Of a stretch of 64,000 bases of DNA, positions 1 to 9,058 are shown piece after piece. The notes below the pieces were generated by a model. The model had not been told where the DNA came from. It saw only the letters and a list, made by a program, of their open reading frames with translations, and did no database searches. The position numbers and the translations under genes are program-made. Position 1 is the stretch's first letter. Each line of letters opens with the position of its first letter. The stretch covers positions 62,001 to 126,000 of the IMG/VR virus record IMGVR_UViG_3300042922_001182; one strand, given 5' to 3'.

Positions 1-296
1 CCCAGGACGGCCGCTCCAAGCGCACGCCCATCACGGAGTACCCCGTGCAGGAGCGCGGCGGCTTCGGCCGCATCGCCACCCAGCTCCAGGAGAACGACCT
101 CCTGATCAAGGCGCTCATCGTCAAGGAGGAGGACATCATGTTCATTAGCTCCGAGAAGATGGCCCGCGTCCCCGCAGAAGAGATCAAGATCTACCTGCGT
201 CCCACCTACGGCATCAAGGCGGTCAGCCTGGACGAGGGCGCGTACCTCGTCGACGTGGTCCGCATCGACGCCGATGAGACCTCGGAAGAGGTCTAG
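1..296 (+). CDS. gyrA: DNA gyrase/topoisomerase II subunit A, C-terminal beta-pinwheel (5' partial)
   Basis: The frame is open from the window edge and reads DGRSKRTPITEYPVQERGGFG and RPTYGIKAVSL, matching GyrA CTD blade repeats (GKRT..EYP.Q.RGGKG; R.T.GV..I.L). Confidence 0.8.
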   Translation, partial: QDGRSKRTPITEYPVQERGGFGRIATQLQENDLLIKALIVKEEDIMFISSEKMARVPAEEIKIYLRPTYGIKAVSLDEGAYLVDVVRIDADETSEEV

Positions 297-381
297 CGAG
301 ACAACTGAACAGACGCCGGGAGACCGGCTGTACGGAGCCGGGGGTGCGAGCCCCCGGCCTACCAAGAAAGGAACAACGACA

Positions 382-1020
382 ATGCCGTCTGAGCACAGGA
401 GGCTCTCTGCCAGGGAGATCGGAGAGGGGATCGAGGTCCAGCGTTTGCGGGTCTACGGCCTCTACAACCACCAGGGCGCGATCCCTCCTGAAACGTCGAA
501 GAAGATCCACGAGGACCTGAAGGGGCTCTTCCCGACCACCAAGGTCAAGAGCTTCTCCACCCTCGGTTCCGCTGACAAGATGAAGTACCTGGAGTGGCTG
601 AAGGAACAGCCCTCGTCCGGGGAAGAAGACAAGGGAAAGGAAGCGCAAGAGATGACCCAGAACAAGGGGCAGGAGTCCGGAGAGGTCACGGTGGTCCCCA
701 ACGACCGCTCCAAGGTGATCGTCATCCTGGGCACGGAGCTGGCCGAGCGACGGGAAGAGGTGAACTCCCTCCGTCTCATGCTCAAGGAGCGTGACTCGGA
801 GATCGGCTACATGTCGACCCAGATCGTCCAGAAGCTCAAGGAGGACAACGAGTACAAGGACCTCCTCATCGAGGAGCAGAAGGCCGAGATCGAGGCCCTC
901 AAGGAGAAGCTGAAGGAGTTCGAGCAGGTTCCCTCCCCCAAGTTGGACAAGGAGGAGAAGGAAGTGCTTGAAAAATTGCAGTTCAGGGTTGAAGGGGGTG
1001 GTACCGCATCGGCCGCTTGA
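382..1020 (+). CDS. Coiled-coil protein, paralog of the N-terminal part of 1543..2379
   Basis: RBS AAAGGAA before ATG382; shares RLRVYG...K(V/L)KS(F/Y)..L...Y..WL..QP with 1543..2379; E/K-rich heptads. Confidence 0.75.
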   Translation: MPSEHRRLSAREIGEGIEVQRLRVYGLYNHQGAIPPETSKKIHEDLKGLFPTTKVKSFSTLGSADKMKYLEWLKEQPSSGEEDKGKEAQEMTQNKGQESGEVTVVPNDRSKVIVILGTELAERREEVNSLRLMLKERDSEIGYMSTQIVQKLKEDNEYKDLLIEEQKAEIEALKEKLKEFEQVPSPKLDKEEKEVLEKLQFRVEGGGTASAA

Positions 1021-1453
1021 CCCGGCGGCACTATCACTGTCCACGACCTGCGGAATCAGCGACGGAGCCCGCAAGACGAACCGCAAGATCGAGACCTTCT
1101 CCGTCTCGAAGAAGGCCCTGACGGCTATGGACGATGCCGAGAAGCGGCTTGCGGCCGTGTTCGGCCAGGACGCCGCCGATGAGATGATGGACGAGATCCT
1201 GCGTTGCATGAAGGACACCAACATGAAGGACCACAACGCGGTCAGGAAGGCGTTCCGCCTCTGCGCGGACGTGTTCATCAACCCCCGTGTCGGCGTGGCG
1301 CTCCGACGGGAGTCCTCCCTGTACCACACCCTGGGCGGTACCCACTACTACAAGAAGGACCCGATCCGGATCGTCTACCGTGCCAACGGCCCGGTGGTGA
1401 CCCTGGTCAAGGTGGGCATGCGGAACGACGTCTACGAAGACGTGGCTATGTAG
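968..1453 (+). CDS. RelE/ParE-like domain protein (true start uncertain; possibly a frameshifted continuation of 382..1020)
   Basis: C-terminus IRIVYRANGPVVTLVKVGMRNDVY fits the RelE pattern RI.Y....V..+.+G.R.DVY and aligns with the C-terminal half of 1543..2379. Confidence 0.6.
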   Translation: MKNCSSGLKGVVPHRPLDPAALSLSTTCGISDGARKTNRKIETFSVSKKALTAMDDAEKRLAAVFGQDAADEMMDEILRCMKDTNMKDHNAVRKAFRLCADVFINPRVGVALRRESSLYHTLGGTHYYKKDPIRIVYRANGPVVTLVKVGMRNDVYEDVAM

Positions 1454-1462
1454 TAATCAGCT

Positions 1463-1471
1463 ACATATTAT
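1463..1471 (+). promoter_or_regulatory. Early-type phage promoter motif ACATATTAT
   Basis: AT-rich intergenic motif repeated at 11564, 16793 and 35905; followed by a hairpin at 1478-1507. Confidence 0.55.
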
Positions 1472-1542
1472 TCACTTGTCGGAAGGGGGCTCACGCCCTC
1501 TTCCGGCGTCAGCTAAAGACTTACCGGAACACGAGGTCCCCG

Positions 1543-2379
1543 ATGAACATCGAAAACGAGAGGCTCAGGGTCTACGGGCCCGACTTCCAGCGTGACAAGG
1601 GCGTCCGACGCCAGATGATGCTGGACATGCAGCAGAACGTCGAAGGCGCCAAGGCACTGAAGAGCTACGGCAACCTCACATTCAAGCGGTTGAACGACTA
1701 CTACCGCTGGCTCCAGGCGCAGCCCGACTTCGGGACGCCCAAGGAGCCGCCCGCTCCGCCCCTTCGGCTCTCCGCCATCCGGAGGGCAAGCCGGGCCCGT
1801 CGGGGGGCCGCCCTGACCGCCACTCTCCGCGAGGAGGTGGCCCAGCTCAAGGGGGAGATCAACACCCTGCTCGACGACGTGGAGATCCGCGACATGGAGA
1901 TCGAGGAGCTGAAGGACAACTTGGTCGCAATCCAGGCCGAGCTGGTCCAGCACCAGATGACCACCAACGGGAACACCCACCAGGTCAGCCACCGCCTGGC
2001 CGTCTCCATCTCCAAGGCCCCGCGCCTCCTGGTCGGGCAAGCCGAGATGCTGGCCGCCGACCTAGTGGCCGCCTTCCAAGGGGACGAGGAGCGGGCTGCC
2101 GACGTCCTGGACAACATCATCGAGCGCTCCACCGAGAAGCTCAGGGATCACCAGTGGCAGCAGGAGGCTATGAGCCTCTGCATGGAGGTCTTCATGAACC
2201 CCTACACGGCCGGGAAGAAGCTAGGGCTCCCCTGCGAGCTGCACGACGTCACCGGCGCAACCCACACTGCGGACAGGCGCAAGATACGGGCCCTCTACAG
2301 CATCCACGAGGGCGTTCCCAACTTCCGCCGGATAGGCTTCCGCAAGGACGTCTACCGTGGAACGCAACACACCAACTGA
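1543..2379 (+). CDS. N-terminal RLRVYG domain + coiled coil + C-terminal RelE/ParE-like domain
   Basis: RBS GAGGT before ATG1543; C-terminus KIRALYSIHEGVPNFRRIGFRKDVY. Confidence 0.65.
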   Translation: MNIENERLRVYGPDFQRDKGVRRQMMLDMQQNVEGAKALKSYGNLTFKRLNDYYRWLQAQPDFGTPKEPPAPPLRLSAIRRASRARRGAALTATLREEVAQLKGEINTLLDDVEIRDMEIEELKDNLVAIQAELVQHQMTTNGNTHQVSHRLAVSISKAPRLLVGQAEMLAADLVAAFQGDEERAADVLDNIIERSTEKLRDHQWQQEAMSLCMEVFMNPYTAGKKLGLPCELHDVTGATHTADRRKIRALYSIHEGVPNFRRIGFRKDVYRGTQHTN

Positions 2380-2389
2380 GGAGTTTCAA

Positions 2390-2986
2390 ATGGACAAGAG
2401 GTTCTTCATCAGCTCTATCTATCACGACAGCCTACGCAACATCGAGGTCGGGACCGAGGTCATGTGCCCCGTCGGCATGAACCGCGCCACCGTCGCCGGG
2501 CGCATCCAGGTCGAGAACGCCGTCCAGTGGGGCAACATGGCCGAGTTCCTCGCCACCGCCCCCCAACACATCGCGGTCGATGGGACGGACAGCGACTTCC
2601 ACGAGGTCACCATGGTCGGCAGCATATGGTATGCCCTGCGGGTCGGCAACCAGTGGATGGGGAGCGACCTGCTCGTCCATGCCAGCGCCGTCCGCCTGCT
2701 CGTGGACCCAGTTCTTGGGCTCGGGGACAAGGTTTCCTGGAACTCCGAGGACCTGGGCCTCAGCGTGGACGACCTGGGGATGGTGTCGGCCATCATGGAC
2801 CTGCTGAGGGCCCCGGACTACCACAGGGTCCGCCTGGCCCTGGCCAAGTACCTCGGACCGGCCTTCAGCGCCGAGTCCATCCGCCAGATGATGTTCAAGG
2901 ACCGCTACTGGTACCTCGTTGAGCACCAACAGGGCAAGCACTTCTACGCCGAGAGCACGCTCTCCCGCGAACCGATGTTCTACTAG
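2390..2986 (+). CDS. Hypothetical protein
   Basis: GAGGAG RBS, GC3-biased codons. Confidence 0.75.
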   Translation: MDKRFFISSIYHDSLRNIEVGTEVMCPVGMNRATVAGRIQVENAVQWGNMAEFLATAPQHIAVDGTDSDFHEVTMVGSIWYALRVGNQWMGSDLLVHASAVRLLVDPVLGLGDKVSWNSEDLGLSVDDLGMVSAIMDLLRAPDYHRVRLALAKYLGPAFSAESIRQMMFKDRYWYLVEHQQGKHFYAESTLSREPMFY

Positions 2987-2998
2987 GAGAATACGAAC

Positions 2999-3328
2999 TT
3001 GGAAGAGAAAGACTTTCGCTACTCCCCCGATTCCGACTTCAAGCGGCTTAAGGGAAGCCTGGAGCTGCACGTACTCGGAAAATCCAAGGAGATCCACATC
3101 GTCACGGTCTCTGACCAGGACGGCTTCCAGTTCCTCGTCACCTGCGAGGCCGGACAGGTCCGACCTGGCGCCCTCGTGGAGATGGAGGGGACCTTCGGCG
3201 TCTGCGCCGACCTCTACATCGTCGAGTCCACCCCCACCGGAATCACCCTGCCCAACGGCATCACCGTCCACACCACCGAGGCCCAGAACAGGTCCGGCGC
3301 GTGGGACGAGATGCTCACCGGCGACTAG
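2999..3328 (+). CDS. Hypothetical protein
   Basis: AGGAG RBS with TTG start; codon bias. Confidence 0.7.
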   Translation: MEEKDFRYSPDSDFKRLKGSLELHVLGKSKEIHIVTVSDQDGFQFLVTCEAGQVRPGALVEMEGTFGVCADLYIVESTPTGITLPNGITVHTTEAQNRSGAWDEMLTGD

Positions 3329-3357
3329 CCACTACTAAGAGAAAGGAAACACGAACA

Positions 3358-4017
3358 ATGTCGCGCAAAACCTACATCGGCTTCTTCATCGCCCTCTTCA
3401 TCACCCTCTTCTGCGATGCCTCCTTCGCCTGGACCGGTGCGCCCCCGCAGAAGGCCAAGCCCGACTATGAGTCCGTCACGTCCAACCCCATCCAGTCGCA
3501 GGTGGGTGGCCTGGTCATGCAGGCCTCCGACACCGACATGATCTACACGGCCGCCGACTACGCCTTCTCCAAGGTGGGCAAGCAGGGCACCCCCGAGCAG
3601 TTCGCCAAGGAGTACGCCAAGGCCAAGGCCCACCTGACGGCGGTCGCCTTCAGCGCGGCCTTCGTCGTCGCGATGGCCGAGGAGGAGAAGCCCACGGACC
3701 CCACGTCCACCGTCTACGCCCAGGCCATGCGGAACGGGATCTCGTCGGTCGCCGACGCCATGTCCGACATGTACGACGACTCCAGCGAGATCCTGGCCCT
3801 GAAGCGCCAGAAGCCGTCCGACAAGTTCGTCGAGCGCTACAACAAGGCGCGTATCGCCAAGAACCGCGCCTGGGAGACCACGGGCGTCCAGCCCCAGGCG
3901 ATGGCCGGTAGCCACATGTACGCCCGCGTCTACGCCGCCATCCTGGAGGACTACACGAAGGCGTACTACGACGGCGGCCTCCGGGTAGCGAAGATCATGC
4001 TCAAGCGCGGGTACTAG
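3358..4017 (+). CDS. Putative secreted protein with signal peptide
   Basis: MSRKTYIGFFIALFITLFCDASFA-W has a basic N-region, hydrophobic core and small-residue cleavage site; AAAGGAA RBS. Confidence 0.7.
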   Translation: MSRKTYIGFFIALFITLFCDASFAWTGAPPQKAKPDYESVTSNPIQSQVGGLVMQASDTDMIYTAADYAFSKVGKQGTPEQFAKEYAKAKAHLTAVAFSAAFVVAMAEEEKPTDPTSTVYAQAMRNGISSVADAMSDMYDDSSEILALKRQKPSDKFVERYNKARIAKNRAWETTGVQPQAMAGSHMYARVYAAILEDYTKAYYDGGLRVAKIMLKRGY

Positions 4018-4018
4018 G

Positions 4019-4834
4019 TTGAGGACGCTTGAGAGCGTATTCGCCGGGCACAAGGGCCACGGGGGTCTGTACGACGCCGGTAAGCTCACAGAGGAGGAGA
4101 TGGAGTCGTCGGAGCTCTGCGAGGCCCTCTGGCGCATGGCCGAGATCTCCAAGGCCGCCGTGCGCCTCTACTCCTCGGACGCCGGTCAGAAGGACCTGAT
4201 CGATGCCTTCCAGGTGTTCGCCTCGGACTCCTGGGAGGTATCCATGGCCATGAAGCGCAACCTCCTACGCTCGTACTTCCACCGCATCAGGGCCGAGAAG
4301 ACGCCGGACCCGGCGAGGGTCCTCTTCGACAGGGTGCCGTTGGAGTTCGACGACGGGTACGCGGTCTACCCGGCGGTCAACATCGACGACCTCCAGCTGC
4401 TCGGCAGCAAGTACGTCAAGCGTCCCAGGATGTTCACCAGGTTCTCGTCGGAGCTAGAGGCCATCCCCGACACCCACCTCGTCCTGGCCGAGCCCCTCGA
4501 CGAGGAGGAGCAGGAGATCCTGACGGAGGCCGAGCGGATCGCCGAGTCAGGAACGTCCATGGCGCTCGTGGCCTTCGGCCCCCCTGGGAAGGGGCGGGAG
4601 GAAGTGATCACGATATCGGTATCCAACCTGATGGACTCCAGACAGAGGCTGGAAGAGTCGTACGACCGTTGCAAGCAGATCCTATCATGGGAGATCGCCT
4701 CCCGGCTCCACCTCGGACGGGACCCCGTAGGGGTCGGCGACCTTGAGGACGGAAGGCACGCGCTGGTGTGCCGGTGCACCGTCGAATCAAAGGGACTGAC
4801 CTTCACTGCAAAGAGGAAGGTTATCGACTTCTAA
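4019..4834 (+). CDS. Hypothetical protein
   Basis: Long ORF abutting the upstream gene; start uncertain. Confidence 0.65.
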   Translation: MRTLESVFAGHKGHGGLYDAGKLTEEEMESSELCEALWRMAEISKAAVRLYSSDAGQKDLIDAFQVFASDSWEVSMAMKRNLLRSYFHRIRAEKTPDPARVLFDRVPLEFDDGYAVYPAVNIDDLQLLGSKYVKRPRMFTRFSSELEAIPDTHLVLAEPLDEEEQEILTEAERIAESGTSMALVAFGPPGKGREEVITISVSNLMDSRQRLEESYDRCKQILSWEIASRLHLGRDPVGVGDLEDGRHALVCRCTVESKGLTFTAKRKVIDF

Positions 4835-4835
4835 G

Positions 4836-4891
4836 GGACCAGCCACGCCGAGAGGCGAGGCTGGTCCGCTTGGTTCGCCCTTGATTTTTTT
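4836..4891 (+). terminator. Probable intrinsic terminator
   Basis: GGACCAGCC...GGCTGGTCC hairpin with a T-run at 4885-4891. Confidence 0.45.
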
Positions 4892-4914
4892 CTGCGTTCC
4901 CTGACAGCCTGGCA

Positions 4915-4926
4915 AACAATCCGATA
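4915..4926 (+). promoter_or_regulatory. AR9-type late promoter AACA-atccga-TA
   Basis: Exact AACA-N6-TA about 30 nt upstream of ATG4957. Confidence 0.65.
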
Positions 4927-4956
4927 TATTCGGAGAGAAATGGAGGCCCGAAGGGA

Positions 4957-6132
4957 ATGGCTTCAAAGGAAGGGGCGAACGCCCTAAAGGAAATAGGGGG
5001 GCCGCTGTCGGCCTCCCTCGCCAACAAGGACAACAGCGCCAGACTGAAGCAGGCGGTTAGGTCGTACGTGGACGCGCACTCCAAGGTGCTCTTGGCGTCC
5101 CACCCGGGTAACCGCCTCTACTTCAGGGAGGCCGACGAGGACGCGCTCTTCAAGGCTGCGGGAGTCAGCCGCGAGGACGTGGACCTGGTCATCAAGAGGT
5201 ACAAGCTGGCCGACAGCACCTGGAGGATCCTCAACAGGGCCTTCTACTGGGCTGGGGCGCTGGCCGTCAGGCACTACCTGGTGTCCAAGGACGAGGAGGG
5301 GGCGCAGCACGCGCTCATCTACCTCGTCCTTCCCATGTACGCGTCTCTCCAGTTCAAGTACTGGAAGCACGAGCCCTCGGGCCACCTGGAGGCCGTGATG
5401 GAGTACACGGTCAACAACCTGAGCAACAAGTTCAAGCTCAAGGAGATGCGGACGATCATCGCCACCCTCCAGTACACCGCCAACTCGACGCTGGAGAAGT
5501 ACAAGGACGGCATCATCAAGGGCGACGACGAGGAGCTCCGCTACTTCCTGTCGCAGCTCTGGATCCGCATCAACGGGTTCCTCCAGAGCGTCGCCAACGA
5601 GTTCTACTCTAACGTGGAGAAGGGCAACCACCTCTACATCGAGAAGGAGCCCGGCGAGGACAGCTTCCGCGAGGTCGACAACGTGTCGATGCTCGTGGCC
5701 AGGCTCTCCGAGTCCAGCTTCAACAGGGCGGTGACCGGCGGCGTGGACACCAGGACGGCCACCGCCGCTTCCACCATCTCCGGGGTCAGCACCTCGGCGA
5801 TCAGGTCGGCGCTGGAGAAGATCAACAGCGAGAAGTCGGCGGAGGTCAAGGAACTGATCACGCTGACCCTCCAGATGTACTTCTCCGACGGCAAGCGGCA
5901 ACCGGACACCGTGGGGACCAACCAGTTCTTGGTGGAGTCCATCAAGAACCTGACCAAGAGCAACACGAAGGAGGAGGCCGTCCTTAGGACAAAGGACATC
6001 CTCGACGACATGCTGCTCACGACGAGCGAGAAGTACAACTCCTCCGAGAGACCGGCCACCAGGGCCAACTTCCGGAAGGCCATCTACATCTACTACGTCA
6101 TTCTGATCCAGCAGACCTACATGGGGAACTAG
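4957..6132 (+). CDS. Jumbo-phage late protein of unknown function (helical)
   Basis: 391-aa ORF with strong codon bias; first gene after a late-type promoter. Confidence 0.75.
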   Translation: MASKEGANALKEIGGPLSASLANKDNSARLKQAVRSYVDAHSKVLLASHPGNRLYFREADEDALFKAAGVSREDVDLVIKRYKLADSTWRILNRAFYWAGALAVRHYLVSKDEEGAQHALIYLVLPMYASLQFKYWKHEPSGHLEAVMEYTVNNLSNKFKLKEMRTIIATLQYTANSTLEKYKDGIIKGDDEELRYFLSQLWIRINGFLQSVANEFYSNVEKGNHLYIEKEPGEDSFREVDNVSMLVARLSESSFNRAVTGGVDTRTATAASTISGVSTSAIRSALEKINSEKSAEVKELITLTLQMYFSDGKRQPDTVGTNQFLVESIKNLTKSNTKEEAVLRTKDILDDMLLTTSEKYNSSERPATRANFRKAIYIYYVILIQQTYMGN

Positions 6133-6146
6133 AAGGAGGTGAGCCC

Positions 6147-6695
6147 GTGGAGCAACAGAGGAAAGTCGGGACGACCCGCTTGGATCGCCTCGAAGAGCTG
6201 ATGGAACTCGACAGGAAGGGCGCTCTGCCGCCCGTCCAGCGGCTCCCTCCCGTCCCCAAGGCCCCCGAGCTGCCGCCCAGCAAGAGGGACCAGGCGAAGG
6301 CGGTGGCCCGCAAGCGGACCGCCCCCGACCCCGTCGCGGGGGTCAAGCGGGCCCCCGTGGCCTCGACCGCGAGGCTCCACGAGCCCCCGAAGGCGCCGAA
6401 GCCGGTCGAGGTACTCAAGGAAGAGATCAAGCAGACACCGGAGCCCCCTCCGCTTGAGGTCAAGCTGAGCAAGCAGCCCCAAGCTGGGGACGAGATCGAG
6501 TTCGTCGCGTCGCCGATGTCCCCCGGGATGCCGTTCCGCATCTACCAGGGAATCATCACCAAGGTGGGCGACGGCGGTCTGGCCAACGTCACGCTGGAGC
6601 ACCCCAGCGGCCCGTGCAGCCTGACAGCGGTGAAGCACCTGGGAGAGGAAACATGGCCCACCTTGCACAGGTGGCGTTTGAAAGAAGGAGACTGA
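6147..6695 (+). CDS. Hypothetical protein (Pro/Lys-rich N-terminus, small beta-rich C-terminal domain)
   Basis: AAGGAGGT RBS, GTG start. Confidence 0.75.
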   Translation: MEQQRKVGTTRLDRLEELMELDRKGALPPVQRLPPVPKAPELPPSKRDQAKAVARKRTAPDPVAGVKRAPVASTARLHEPPKAPKPVEVLKEEIKQTPEPPPLEVKLSKQPQAGDEIEFVASPMSPGMPFRIYQGIITKVGDGGLANVTLEHPSGPCSLTAVKHLGEETWPTLHRWRLKEGD

Positions 6696-6697
6696 TC

Positions 6698-7243
6698 ATG
6701 TTCTTGGAGAACGCACGCCGCATCGACCCTACGGCCTACAAGTACCCGCTCATCATGGAGGCCAGGCCGCTCATCGACCGCCTCCTGGAGAGCGCCGACC
6801 CCACCGCCCAGCTCGTCCTCACCGAGGCCGAGCAGGACAAGGTCGTCGAAGAGGGCAAGAATTGGCTCGAAGAGAGCAAGCGCATGCTGGAGCTGAAGAA
6901 GGCGCAACACGCCACGGCGTCGGACCTGGCCAAGGTGCACGCCCAGTGGACCGCCGGGATCTACATCGTCAGCCTGCTCGTCGGCTTCCTGGGCTTCCCC
7001 CTGGTGCTCGTTACCGGCTACGTCGGCATCCTCCTCTTCGCCGTCATCAGCACCCTGCTGTCGATCGCCTTCTGGATCAACGCTGTCCTTGCGGTCGGAA
7101 ACTTCGCCGCCAGCGTATCGATCAAGAAGCAGATGGAGCAGGAGCTGGACAAGCTGGAGGGCATCCGCAGCCGCTCCTCCGACCGAAAGGTCAAAGAGAA
7201 GATCGATGACCTCATCACCCGCGTCCGTCGAGACATGGACTAG
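6698..7243 (+). CDS. Membrane protein, paralog of 7258..7818
   Basis: AAGGAG RBS; long hydrophobic segment; shares MFL...VLTE.E...W..E...G+YI...K+K..IDD with its neighbour. Confidence 0.75.
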   Translation: MFLENARRIDPTAYKYPLIMEARPLIDRLLESADPTAQLVLTEAEQDKVVEEGKNWLEESKRMLELKKAQHATASDLAKVHAQWTAGIYIVSLLVGFLGFPLVLVTGYVGILLFAVISTLLSIAFWINAVLAVGNFAASVSIKKQMEQELDKLEGIRSRSSDRKVKEKIDDLITRVRRDMD

Positions 7244-7257
7244 GAAAGGAAGAGAAG

Positions 7258-7818
7258 ATGTTCCTCAGCGAGTACCAGAACAGACCCCAAGGTCCCGTCA
7301 GGAGGTCCCTGGCGGACTACCCCACCCTGAGGGAGGCGACCGGTCTGGTAGAGAGGGCCCTACAGGGTGACTTCGACGCCGCCGAGATCGTCCTCACCGA
7401 GGAGGAAAAGGCGAACAGCCTGGCGGAGGCCAAGCGATGGGTCGACGAAGTCCAGGAGTTCGTACGCCAGAAGGACCGCAAGATCCGCAGCGAGTCGGAG
7501 GCCTCCAAGGCCATCGCCTGGATCGGCTCCGGCGTCTACATCTTCGGCCTTCTCATGATGATCGCCGCTCCCCTCAGCCTGGCGATCGGGCTCCTCGGCC
7601 TGCTCGCATCCCTGGTGGGCGTGGTCGTGATGTTCATCAGCGCCGGTAAGGCCGACAACGCCCGCAGGATGTCGATCCAGCTCCGGGAGGAGGGCCGCAA
7701 GCTCCGCCGCATGCGCGACAAGGCCAAGGACCAGAAGCTCAAGGACCAGATCGACGACGTCCTCGACAAGATCGACCAGAACAACGACGAGATCCTGGAC
7801 GCCACCAGGGGAGGTTAA
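7258..7818 (+). CDS. Membrane protein, paralog of 6698..7243
   Basis: Two TM-length hydrophobic helices; shared motifs as above. Confidence 0.75.
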   Translation: MFLSEYQNRPQGPVRRSLADYPTLREATGLVERALQGDFDAAEIVLTEEEKANSLAEAKRWVDEVQEFVRQKDRKIRSESEASKAIAWIGSGVYIFGLLMMIAAPLSLAIGLLGLLASLVGVVVMFISAGKADNARRMSIQLREEGRKLRRMRDKAKDQKLKDQIDDVLDKIDQNNDEILDATRGG

Positions 7819-7820
7819 AC

Positions 7821-8084
7821 GTGAACAGCAAGAGATTCCTCGAACTGGCCGAGGCCGTCGCGCCCGAGAGGGACCGGCAGGTCCTCCTCGAAAGCCGCAC
7901 CCCCTTCGGCACCGGGAGCAAGAGGGAGCTGATGTCCGCCATCGCGACGTTCTCCTCGCTCCCCCTGGAGCACCGGTCCTCCCGCCTCCGGGAGATCGAG
8001 GAGTCCGCCTCGGCCCTCGGCGTGGACCTGGAGAGGTACCACAGCCACCTGTCCATGGAGGTGAACATTGAACGCCAAGCGTAA
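7821..8084 (+). CDS. Hypothetical protein
   Basis: GGAGGT RBS, GTG start, codon bias. Confidence 0.65.
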   Translation: MNSKRFLELAEAVAPERDRQVLLESRTPFGTGSKRELMSAIATFSSLPLEHRSSRLREIEESASALGVDLERYHSHLSMEVNIERQA

Positions 8085-8799
8085 GAAGTACCAGGACCTC
8101 GTCGTCGAGACGATGAAGAGGCTGGACAAGAGCGGCGCCAACGCCAAGAAGTACGCGGAGATGTTCGCCAAGATGGACGACAAGCAGTTCGACTCCTACG
8201 TCAAGGCGTTCGCCAGGGACGAGGACGCGAACTTCTTCATCGAGGTCATCCCGTTCGAGACGGAGCCGACCCTGAAGATGATCGCGGCGACCGCCGAGTG
8301 GCTGGGCGTGCCCCTTGAGGAGTACGTCTTCTTCCGCCACGAGGACCCGGACGGCGACCCCGTGCGGACCTCCGTGAGGGTGCCCGTGGGCTACCTCAAC
8401 CTCAAGCGCCTCCAGCAGATCCTCAGCAAGAAGAACACCATGTCGCTCGACATCGACAAGCGCGACATGCTCGTCAACCAGGTGACCGGCGACGACAAGA
8501 TCGCCCGCATCTCTAACGTCGAGAACTACGCGCTGAGCGTCATGGGGGCCGACGAGGGCCTCAAGGAATTCCTCGGGCCCAGGTCGGACGACGGCCAGAT
8601 GAAGAGGCAGATGTACAGCGACATCTCCACCAAGGGGTACTCGCAGCTCCAGAACCTCTCCAGCAACCCGGAGGACTCGCAGGCCCTCTCCACCGTGGAC
8701 GTCTTCTTCGCGGGAGCGGGGCTCAAGACGGACCTCATCACCAAGGGCATGGCCTTCCCCAGGACCATGCGCAACATGAGCAAGAGAAAGGACGTGTAA
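8068..8799 (+). CDS. RNA polymerase beta subunit C-terminal fragment (probably virion RNAP)
   Basis: VPVGYLNLKRLQQ...ARISNVENYALSVMGA...LKEFLGPRSDD...MY aligns with RpoB VTVGYMYMLKL...RFGEMEVWALEAYGA...LQEMLTVKSDD...MY. The small size and late-operon position fit the virion enzyme. Confidence 0.75.
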   Translation: MNAKRKKYQDLVVETMKRLDKSGANAKKYAEMFAKMDDKQFDSYVKAFARDEDANFFIEVIPFETEPTLKMIAATAEWLGVPLEEYVFFRHEDPDGDPVRTSVRVPVGYLNLKRLQQILSKKNTMSLDIDKRDMLVNQVTGDDKIARISNVENYALSVMGADEGLKEFLGPRSDDGQMKRQMYSDISTKGYSQLQNLSSNPEDSQALSTVDVFFAGAGLKTDLITKGMAFPRTMRNMSKRKDV

Positions 8800-8800
8800 C

Positions 8801-8935
8801 ATGGAAAGCAACGACAAGAAGAAGGACGAGCCCAAGAAGGCCCCCAAGGCCGCCGACGGCCGGGTCCTCATCACCGAGGACGCCACCCTCACGGCGTTCG
8901 GCCTCCAGGACGCCACCACGGCCGCCGTGCAGTAG
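8801..8935 (+). CDS. Small protein, 44 aa (MESNDKKKDEPKK...VLITED...)
   Basis: AAAGGA RBS, GC3 codons; below the ORF-track cutoff. Confidence 0.6.
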   Translation: MESNDKKKDEPKKAPKAADGRVLITEDATLTAFGLQDATTAAVQ

Positions 8936-8948
8936 AGCCGAAGCGAAC

Positions 8949-9001
8949 AAAAAAGACGATCAGCAGCCCCTTACTCCGCCGTTGGAGTAAGGGGCTGCTG
9001 A
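8949..9001. terminator. Perfect 18-bp hairpin with A-run; terminator oriented for the minus strand
   Basis: TCAGCAGCCCCTTACTCC / GGAGTAAGGGGCTGCTGA; A6 at 8949-8954. Confidence 0.65.
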
Positions 9002-9058
9002 CCGGTTAAGACGGAAAGAGAGAAAGAAAGAACGCTCCGAGTGGCTCTCGCAGCATAC

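Noticed and set aside
1015-1126. T4 gene 60-like translational bypass from GCT1015 to GCT1124
   Set aside because: Similarity to the paralog and good codon bias begin before the supposed landing site, and there is no take-off hairpin.
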